Assembly: GCA_031362565.1 (NCBI GenBank)
Contig: JANLSU010000003.1
Location: forward strand, 40,512 to 104,511
Direction of reading: 5' to 3'
From: a bacterium
GTDB lineage: Bacteria; Krumholzibacteriota; Krumholzibacteriia; G020349025
DNA: 64,000 nt
Part shown: piece by piece, positions 57,143 through 64,000 of the stretch
Position numbering within the stretch: position 1 is the stretch's first letter
Layout of the letters: every line of letters starts with the position of its first letter
Program-made: the position numbers and the translations under genes
The notes under the pieces: generated by a model
Databases searched by the model: none
Told to the model about the DNA's origin: nothing
The model's input: the letters and a program-made list of their open reading frames with translations, nothing else

Positions 57143-58528
57143 ATGGAACCCGCCGGCATTCCGATCACGGCCGAACTCCTGCGCAAGCATGACCGGCCCG
57201 GCCCACGGTACACGTCCTACCCGACCGCCATTGAATTCCATCCGGCGGTCGGCGAAGAACAGTATCGCGAGAAATTGGCCGCGGCCGACGCGCATCCAGA
57301 TGACCCGCTGTCGCTGTATTTCCATCTGCCGTTCTGCCAAGAGCGCTGCACGTTCTGCGGCTGCCATGTGAACATCACGCGGCGCACCGAGCGCGCCACC
57401 GAATACATGGGCTACCTGCACCGCGAAATCGATCTGGTGGCACGCCAGCTTCCGCACCGGCGCAAGGTCGTGCAATTCCATTGGGGTGGCGGCACGCCCA
57501 CGTACCATTCGCCGGAGGAATTGCGCGCCCTGCATCAAACGGTTGTCGACCGGTTCGAAATCCTGCCGGGCGCCGAAGTCGCGATCGAAGTCGATCCGCG
57601 GGTCACGACGCACGCCCACATCGACGCGCTCCGCGACATGGGATTCAACCGCATCAGCATGGGCGTGCAGGACTTCACGCCCGAGGTGCAAGCGATCATC
57701 AATCGCTACCAGACGCTGGAAGGTACCCGCGACCTCTTCGAGTACTGCCGGCAGCAGGGTTTCGAGTCCATCAACATCGATCTCATCTATGGATTGCCGC
57801 TGCAGACGCCGGCCACTTTCGGCGCGGCGCTCGACAACGTCATCGCGCTCCGGCCGGATCGCGTCGCCATGTACAGCTTTGCATTCGTGCCGTGGAAGCA
57901 GGGCAACCAGCGCACGATGACCGAGGACATGATGCTGCCGCCCGAGCAAAAGGTTGAACTCTACCTGCTGGGCCTCCGCAAGTTCATCTCTGCCGGCTAT
58001 CTGCAAATCGGCATGGACCACTTCGCGCTCGCCACCGACGAACTGGCGCGCGCCCAAGCCGGCCGCGTTCTGCATCGTAACTTCATGGGCTACACGACCA
58101 AGCCGGCGCGCGACTCGATCGCCTTCGGCGTCTCCGGCATCGGCGATTTGCAGGGCGCTTACGTGCAGAACATCAAGGACCAAGAAGCCTACTACGACGC
58201 GATTCGCAATGGCCGGTTGCCGACGCTCCGCGGCGTGCTCTTGTCGCGCGACGACGAAATCCGCCGCGTCATCATCAACTCGCTCATGTGCAATTTTTGG
58301 CTCGACCAGAGCGCCATCGAACAGCGATTCGGCCTGGATTTTGGGCGGGACTTTGCGCCGGAGATCGAAGCACTGCGCGTCCAGGAGCAGGAAGGCTTCG
58401 TCCGCCTGTCACCCGGCACGATCGAAGTGACGCCGCTCGGCCGGGTCTTCATCCGCAACATCTGCATGATCTTCGATCAGTATCTGAAGCGCAGCGACGG
58501 CAAATCGGTTTTTTCACGCACGATCTGA
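57143..58528 (+). CDS. hemN: Oxygen-independent coproporphyrinogen III oxidase (radical SAM)
   Basis: GPRYTSYP, HLPFCQERCTFCGC, GGGTP, DLIYGLP, IGMDHF, HRNFMGY, FSRTI. Confidence 0.97.
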   Translation: MEPAGIPITAELLRKHDRPGPRYTSYPTAIEFHPAVGEEQYREKLAAADAHPDDPLSLYFHLPFCQERCTFCGCHVNITRRTERATEYMGYLHREIDLVARQLPHRRKVVQFHWGGGTPTYHSPEELRALHQTVVDRFEILPGAEVAIEVDPRVTTHAHIDALRDMGFNRISMGVQDFTPEVQAIINRYQTLEGTRDLFEYCRQQGFESINIDLIYGLPLQTPATFGAALDNVIALRPDRVAMYSFAFVPWKQGNQRTMTEDMMLPPEQKVELYLLGLRKFISAGYLQIGMDHFALATDELARAQAGRVLHRNFMGYTTKPARDSIAFGVSGIGDLQGAYVQNIKDQEAYYDAIRNGRLPTLRGVLLSRDDEIRRVIINSLMCNFWLDQSAIEQRFGLDFGRDFAPEIEALRVQEQEGFVRLSPGTIEVTPLGRVFIRNICMIFDQYLKRSDGKSVFSRTI

Positions 58529-58537
58529 GGCAACAAC

Positions 58538-59944
58538 GTGTCGATTGCACGCGGTGAACGAACGCGGATCGCGGTCGTGGGCGGCGGGATCGCGGGCCTG
58601 GCGCTCGGCTTCGAGCTCGTCCGCCGTGGGGCGAACGCCCGAGTGCTCGAGGCCGGTGCGCGTCCCGGCGGCAACATCCGCAGCGAACACCGCGGCGGCT
58701 ATCTCTGCGAGTGGGGTCCCAACGGCTTCCTCGACAACGAGCCCGCGACGCTCCGGCTCGTCGACGCTCTCGGTTTGCGGGACGAGCTGGCGCCGGCGAG
58801 TGCTGCGGCGCAAACGCGCTGGATCGTGCGTGGCGGCCGGCTGCGATCGCTGCCCACGTCACCAGCGCGGTTTTTGACCAGCGACGTGCTGAGCCTCTCG
58901 GGACGGTTGCGCGTCCTGTGCGAGTGGGCGCAGCGGACGAGGCGCGACCCCAGCGATGAATCGGTCTGGGACTTCGCGCGCCGGCGCATCGGCCGTGAAG
59001 CGGCCGACGTGCTCGTCGATGGCATGGTGACCGGTATCTTTGCCGGTGATCCACGGCGCCTGAGCCTCGAGGCGGCTTTCCCCCGTATGCGCGCTCTGGA
59101 ACGCGAGCACGGTGGACTCTTTCGCGGCATGCGCGCCCAGAGTGCAGCGCGGCGCGCGAGCGGCGCCGCGCCCGGCGGGCCGCTCGGACCGGGCGGCACA
59201 CTGACGTCGTTTCGTGGCGGCATGGAAACCTTGGTGCAGGGTTTGACCCGGGCGCTGGGTTCGAACCTCGTACTCAATGGGCGCGTCGCGCGCCTCGATC
59301 GACAGGGCGCCAACTGGCGGCTCGAACTCGAAAACGGCGCACCCATGGAAGCCGAGCAGGTGGTGCTCGCGTGTCCGTCCTGGTACGCGGCGCCACTCGT
59401 TCGCGCTCTCGACCACGAACTCGGTGATTGGTTGGAAGCCATTCCGTCGGCGCCGGTCGCCGTGGTGTGTGTCGGGTGGAACGAACCCGATGTCCAGGCC
59501 GTGCCGCACGGCTTCGGATTTCTGGTGCCGGGGCGGGAGCGCCTCGGAGTGCTCGGGACGCTGTACGACAGTTGGGTTTTTCCGGAGCGCTCGGCACCGG
59601 GCACGGTGCTCTGGCGAACGATGATCGGCGGCGCGCGCGAACGCGGCGCCATCGACCTCGATGACGGCGCGCTCGTCGAACGTGCACTGCGCGCCTACGC
59701 GAAATTACTCGGCCTACACGCCACACCGCACATGACGGCGGTCGTGCGGCACGTGAAGGGCATCCCGCAGTATCCGGTCGGGCATGTCGAGCGGCTGGGG
59801 CGCATCGAAGACCGCCTGCAACGGCACCCGGGCCTGCTGCTCGCCGGCAACTCGTATCGTGGCGTAGCGATGAATTCCTGCATCAAGGAAGCGGAAACGC
59901 TTGCCGCGCGCCTCACGGCCGATACCGCCAAGGAGATTTCTTGA
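58538..59944 (+). CDS. hemY: FAD-dependent protoporphyrinogen oxidase (HemY-type)
   Basis: VVGGGIAGL, EWGPNGF, GIFAGD, GFGFLVP, IPQY.VGH, GNSYRGV. Confidence 0.93.
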   Translation: MSIARGERTRIAVVGGGIAGLALGFELVRRGANARVLEAGARPGGNIRSEHRGGYLCEWGPNGFLDNEPATLRLVDALGLRDELAPASAAAQTRWIVRGGRLRSLPTSPARFLTSDVLSLSGRLRVLCEWAQRTRRDPSDESVWDFARRRIGREAADVLVDGMVTGIFAGDPRRLSLEAAFPRMRALEREHGGLFRGMRAQSAARRASGAAPGGPLGPGGTLTSFRGGMETLVQGLTRALGSNLVLNGRVARLDRQGANWRLELENGAPMEAEQVVLACPSWYAAPLVRALDHELGDWLEAIPSAPVAVVCVGWNEPDVQAVPHGFGFLVPGRERLGVLGTLYDSWVFPERSAPGTVLWRTMIGGARERGAIDLDDGALVERALRAYAKLLGLHATPHMTAVVRHVKGIPQYPVGHVERLGRIEDRLQRHPGLLLAGNSYRGVAMNSCIKEAETLAARLTADTAKEIS

Positions 59945-61185
59945 CCCGCAGCCACCTGGGCGCCGCGATCGTTGCAGTCCTTTTGACGGCGGGCTGCGCG
60001 AAGCGCTCACCGCGCGACGCGGCAGCGCCCGCGCCACGCGAGATCGACTCGCCGGCGCCCGCCGGCTCGGCCGAGCCCTGGCTCGCAAGCGCCGGCGATC
60101 ACGTCTACTTGTCCTGGCTCATGCGCCAAGGTGATGACGTCGTCTTTGCATACGCCACTCTCGAGCAAGGCAAGTGGTTGGCGCCGCGCACCATTGCAAC
60201 CGGCCCCGGGCTGTTCGCCAACTGGGCCGATTTTCCGTCGCTTGTCCCGATGCAAGACGGCGCCTTTGCCGCGCATTGGCTCGAGCGGCACGCGGGCAGC
60301 GATCATGCCTATGACGTTCGTGTGGTGCGTTCCACCGATGGGATCACCTGGTCCGCACCGCGCCTCCCGCATCGCGACGGCACCGCTTCCGAACACGGCT
60401 TCGTGTCGATGGTGCCCGGCGACGATGGCGGCGGCACATGCATTTGGCTCGATGGCCGTGAGTATGCCGGGCGCGAAGAAGGTGCTCCAGGTGCGCAGAT
60501 GCAATTGCGCGCCTGCGATTGGAATGGGAAGGGCGAAATGGGTGATGAAGTCGTCATCGATCCGCGCGTCTGCGACTGCTGTCAAACCGCCGCCGTGCGC
60601 ACGGCGGGCGGCGTTCTGGTGGCCTATCGCGACCGGTCGGACGACGAAGTCCGCGACATTTCTCTGGTGCGCCACGACGCGAGCGGCTGGTCGGCACCGT
60701 ACGCGCTGGCGCACGACGGCTGGCAGATTACCGGCTGCCCCGTGAACGGGCCGGCACTTGCAGCCGACGGGGCGCGGGTCGCCGCCGCCTGGTTCACGAT
60801 GGCGGGCGGCGGTGCGCAGGTGTTGGCCGCGCTGTCGTCCGACGGCGGGGTGACATTCTCGAAGCCGGTGCGCATCGACGAAGGCGGCGCCGCCGGACGC
60901 GCCGGCGTCGTGGTGCTGCCCAACGGTGATGCGTTGGTGACTTGGGTCGGAGCCGACATCAAAGGCCTGGGGGAAATTCGCGCCCGCCGCGTCCGTGCCG
61001 ACCTGGGACTCGATCCATCCTTCCGCGTCTCGGCTACGAGCGCTGAACGCGCCAGCGGTTTCCCGCGCGTCACGCGGAGCGGCGCGGGGCTTTTTTTCGC
61101 GTGGACCGAGGCTTCGGAGCCTTCGCAGGTGCACGTGGCGACGCTCGACGTGCCGGCGTCTTGGGGCGCAAAGCCGGCGCCGTGA
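59941..61185 (+). CDS. BNR/sialidase-family lipoprotein
   Basis: Lipobox LTAGC; NWADFP, EHGFVS, CDCCQT, GCPVNGP, SSDGGVTF, ASGFP. Confidence 0.85.
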   Translation: MTRSHLGAAIVAVLLTAGCAKRSPRDAAAPAPREIDSPAPAGSAEPWLASAGDHVYLSWLMRQGDDVVFAYATLEQGKWLAPRTIATGPGLFANWADFPSLVPMQDGAFAAHWLERHAGSDHAYDVRVVRSTDGITWSAPRLPHRDGTASEHGFVSMVPGDDGGGTCIWLDGREYAGREEGAPGAQMQLRACDWNGKGEMGDEVVIDPRVCDCCQTAAVRTAGGVLVAYRDRSDDEVRDISLVRHDASGWSAPYALAHDGWQITGCPVNGPALAADGARVAAAWFTMAGGGAQVLAALSSDGGVTFSKPVRIDEGGAAGRAGVVVLPNGDALVTWVGADIKGLGEIRARRVRADLGLDPSFRVSATSAERASGFPRVTRSGAGLFFAWTEASEPSQVHVATLDVPASWGAKPAP

Positions 61186-61654
61186 AGTCTTCCAACAATT
61201 CCTGCCGCGTGCAATGAATGAAGTCCGTGTACGCCGGCGCGCCGTTGGCGCCGCTCACAATCGCGGCGATCTGTCCGCGGTGATGTGCCGAATGCATTAC
61301 GACATGCGTCAAGATGTCGCCGATCGTACTCGTCCACTCCTCGCCCTTCGAATTCTTGTACTCGACGGGCCGGGAGAGATCGTTCGCCCGCAGGCCGTCC
61401 AGCAGGTCGTGCCAGGCGCTTGCCACATCGGCCAATTGCTCTTCGCACTCGTCCGAAGTGAATTCGGGCCACACCGCCACCGTCGATGGTGTGCCCAAAA
61501 TGCGTGCGAGCCAGAGGACTTCGGCGCCGGCGATGTGCGCCAGCAGCCGCTCGCCCGCGGCGCACTCTTTGACGCGCAACGAGGTCAGGGTGGCGTCGTT
61601 CGCCCAATCGTCGTAGGCGATCAAGCGTCGCATGTACTGCAGCATGTCGTTCAT
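61070..61654 (-). CDS. DinB family protein with basic C-terminal extension
   Basis: YDDWAN, HIAGAE..WL.R, HVVMHSAHHRGQI, DFI; ATGA-coupled to the upstream gene. Confidence 0.88.
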   Translation of the reverse strand: MNDMLQYMRRLIAYDDWANDATLTSLRVKECAAGERLLAHIAGAEVLWLARILGTPSTVAVWPEFTSDECEEQLADVASAWHDLLDGLRANDLSRPVEYKNSKGEEWTSTIGDILTHVVMHSAHHRGQIAAIVSGANGAPAYTDFIHCTRQELLEDFTAPALRPKTPARRASPRAPAKAPKPRSTRKKAPRRSA

Positions 61655-61899
61655 GTGCCTCTTTCGATGTACGGGCAATGGCGGCAACCGGTATCACAGC
61701 AACGGTTGCGATCCCAAAGGTATTGGGCCGTGAACACGAAGTACCCGGTGGCAGGATCCGCATAGGTCGGCCGGCCTCGAGTCATGGCGTCGCGATGCCG
61801 GTTCAAAATCTCGGTGTAGAACGGGCCGCGGGGATCGCACCGTTGTGGGTGCGGCACCGTCGCCCACTCGGGCAGCGGTCCGTTCTCCGTGTCCGACAT
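61651..61899 (-). CDS. DUF5522-like small Cys-rich protein
   Basis: YADPATGYFVFT..YL..R..CC.TGCRHCPY; GGAGG RBS. Confidence 0.85.
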   Translation of the reverse strand: MSDTENGPLPEWATVPHPQRCDPRGPFYTEILNRHRDAMTRGRPTYADPATGYFVFTAQYLWDRNRCCDTGCRHCPYIERGT

Positions 61900-61921
61900 G
61901 CATCGCCTCCCCATGGGTTCG

Positions 61922-61931
61922 GAGTATACTC
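61922..61931. promoter_or_regulatory. Palindromic bidirectional -10 element
   Basis: GAGTATACTC gives TATACT on both strands in a 93-nt divergent intergenic. Confidence 0.5.
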
Positions 61932-61992
61932 GCTGCTCGGCCGATCCCCGCGGCCGCTTCGGCGTCCACCTGTTGCACCGGAGCGCATCGCG

Positions 61993-63033
61993 ATGCGACC
62001 GATCCAGAATCCGCCCAATCCGTTCGAAAGCGTCGAACGCGAGTGGCTCGACCTGCCGCCCGCCGTCCATCTCCAGACGTTCGAGGAGCGCGCTAAATCC
62101 ATCTTGAGCGCCAACGAGAGCCCCGACCTGCCCTTTCGCTGGAGTGTGAATCCCTATCGCGGCTGTTTTCATGCGTGCGCCTATTGCTATGCGCGCCCCT
62201 CACACGAGTATCTCGGTTTCGGCGCCGGAACCGACTTCGAATCCAAGATCGTCGTCAAGACCAATGCCCCGGAACTGCTGCGCGCCGCCTTCGACAAACC
62301 GTCCTGGCAGGGCGAACTCATCGTTTTTTCCGGCAATACGGACTGTTACCAGCCGGTCGAAGCGAACTGGCGGCTGACCCGTGCCTGCCTCGAACTTTGC
62401 GCCGAGTACCGCAACCCGGTGGGTGTCATCACTAAGTCGGTGCTCGTGCAACGCGACATCGACGTGTTCCTGAAGCTGCAAGCCTGCGCCAGCATCCGCG
62501 TCTTCTTCAGCATCCCGTTTGCGGACGATGCGACCGCCCGCGCCATCGAACCGCAGGCGCCGGCAATCTCGCGCCGCTTCGAGGCGCTCCGCCGGCTCTC
62601 GGCCGCCGGCATCCCAACCGGCGTCTCGGTCGCGCCGCTCATTCCGGGACTGAACGACGACGACATCGCGCCGGTTCTAGAACGGGCGCGCGACGCGGGT
62701 GCGACCGAGGCCGCGTACTCGCTGCTCCGCCTGCCCGGCAACGTCCGCACCGTATTCATGCAGCGCGTCGCAGAGGCGCTGCCGGGGCGCGCCCAGCGGA
62801 TCGAGCATCGCATTCGCGAAGTGCGCGGCGGTGAACTCTCCAGCGAGCGCTTCTTCGAACGCCAGCGCGGTGCCGGCGTCTACTGGAATGTGCTCGCCGA
62901 TCAATGGCGCTTGCACACGCGGCGGCTGGGCTTCGACACGGCGCGGGTCGGTGCCAAGCCGGACCGGATGAATACTTTCCGGCGCCCCGGCGCCATGGTC
63001 CAGGGATCGCTCTTCGGATCGGACGAGCGGTGA
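61993..63033 (+). CDS. PA0069/Rv2578c family radical SAM protein (spore photoproduct lyase-like)
   Basis: NESPDLPF.WSVNPYRGCFHACAYCYAR, TDCYQP, TKS, APLIPGLND, LRLP. Confidence 0.92.
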   Translation: MRPIQNPPNPFESVEREWLDLPPAVHLQTFEERAKSILSANESPDLPFRWSVNPYRGCFHACAYCYARPSHEYLGFGAGTDFESKIVVKTNAPELLRAAFDKPSWQGELIVFSGNTDCYQPVEANWRLTRACLELCAEYRNPVGVITKSVLVQRDIDVFLKLQACASIRVFFSIPFADDATARAIEPQAPAISRRFEALRRLSAAGIPTGVSVAPLIPGLNDDDIAPVLERARDAGATEAAYSLLRLPGNVRTVFMQRVAEALPGRAQRIEHRIREVRGGELSSERFFERQRGAGVYWNVLADQWRLHTRRLGFDTARVGAKPDRMNTFRRPGAMVQGSLFGSDER

Positions 63034-64000
63034 GCCGCAACCCGTGGGCAGGCTTGCGTGGGTTGCCACGCGATGTGTGGGTGCTCTGCGCGGCGACCCT
63101 CGTCAACCGCTCGGGCGCCATGGCGCTGACGTTTCTCGTTCTCTATCTGACGCGGCTCGGCTGGTCGGTGCAGCACGCAGGCTTCGCAATGGCCTTGTAC
63201 GGATTGGGTGGCGTCGTGGCATCGCCGATCGCCGGACGCCTTTCCGATCGACTCGGTGAGCGGCGGCTGCTGGTCGGCACCCTCTTCTTGTCGGGTGTGT
63301 TCCTCATTCTGTATCCCCTGGCGCGGAGCCCCGCGGCGATTGTCGCGGCGACGCTCTTGTGGTCGTTCTCGAGCGAGTCGTTCCGGCCGGTGAGTTTCGC
63401 GTCGATCGGCAACGCGGTCGAACCCGACAAACGGAAGGCGGCATTCGCGGCGTACCGCTTGGCCATCAATCTCGGAATGAGTATCGGCCCCGCGATCGGC
63501 GGCGTGCTGGCGCGCGTGTCGATGCCGGCGCTCTTTGTCGTGGATGGCGCCACGTCGATCGCGGCGGCAGTGGTCCTGGCAATCGGCACGCGTGGCTCGC
63601 GCCGCGCGACGACCGCCGGCGCTTCGCCAACCGGCGCCCTACCACTCGAGTCGGGTGCCGAAGACTCGCTGCCGGTACCGGCAGCGGCGGTCGCAGTCGA
63701 GGACCTGCCGGAGCAAGGTGTGGCGCCGCCGTCAAGCGCCGGCAACGCCGCCTTGTTTGCCGACCCGCGTTTCCTTCGAGTGCTCCTCGGCATGCTGCTC
63801 TTGACGATCGCCTTCTTCCAGGTCACCTCGACCATGGGACTCGATCTCGTCGTCGGCCAGCACATGCCGGAGACCGCCTACGGGCTCCTCTTCACCATCA
63901 ATTGTGTGATGATCGTCTTCCTCGAGGTGCCGCTCAACGTGCGCTTGGCGCACCGGCCTCACAATCGCGTCATGGCGGTCGGCGCGATCCTCATCGCGGC
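63030..64000 (+). CDS. MFS transporter, 3' end runs off the window
   Basis: Not in the ORF track; from GTG 63030: SRNPWAGLRGLP...LVNRSG...GRLSDRLGER...INLGMSIGPAIGG. Confidence 0.9.
   Translation, partial: MSRNPWAGLRGLPRDVWVLCAATLVNRSGAMALTFLVLYLTRLGWSVQHAGFAMALYGLGGVVASPIAGRLSDRLGERRLLVGTLFLSGVFLILYPLARSPAAIVAATLLWSFSSESFRPVSFASIGNAVEPDKRKAAFAAYRLAINLGMSIGPAIGGVLARVSMPALFVVDGATSIAAAVVLAIGTRGSRRATTAGASPTGALPLESGAEDSLPVPAAAVAVEDLPEQGVAPPSSAGNAALFADPRFLRVLLGMLLLTIAFFQVTSTMGLDLVVGQHMPETAYGLLFTINCVMIVFLEVPLNVRLAHRPHNRVMAVGAILIA

Noticed and set aside
1..64000. CRISPR array, tRNA/rRNA, IS, integrase, prophage or defence genes
   Set aside because: No regularly spaced repeats, RNA gene signatures or mobile-element/defence motifs seen by eye; a tool-based scan was not possible.

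Overview
GC-rich, gene-dense chromosomal segment from a diderm bacterium (outer-membrane beta-barrels and lipoproteins are present). The gene repertoire and a recurring C-terminal 'TWGxVKxxYR' tail suggest an uncultured FCB-group lineage such as Latescibacterota/Krumholzibacteriota/Eisenbacteria; this placement is inference from recall and was not checked. About 55 CDS are supportable. They include priA (truncated at the left edge), a REC-GGDEF/His-kinase/two-receiver signalling cluster, ggt between two unrelated FNR-type reductases, arsR-arsM, a MacB/LolCDE-type ABC operon with an AttH-like lipocalin, an RRM protein, yajQ-pilT with a duplicated hypothetical gene, and a heme cluster (hemH, hemL, hemE, hemN, hemY/G). 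No rRNA, tRNA, CRISPR, transposase or integrase was seen. Best leads: (1) four otherwise mostly unrelated secreted proteins share a short C-terminal amphipathic tail, a candidate undescribed protein-sorting signal; (2) an ABC permease appears split across two genes, with its N-terminal half fused to an AttH-like lipocalin; (3) six sigma54-type -24/-12 promoters link the c-di-GMP signalling cluster to the pilT cluster; (4) two candidate structured RNAs of about 180 nt; (5) a perfect Rex operator stranded between convergent genes. Start codons were re-picked by eye from RBS position and homology, and family names are from motif recognition, not database searches.
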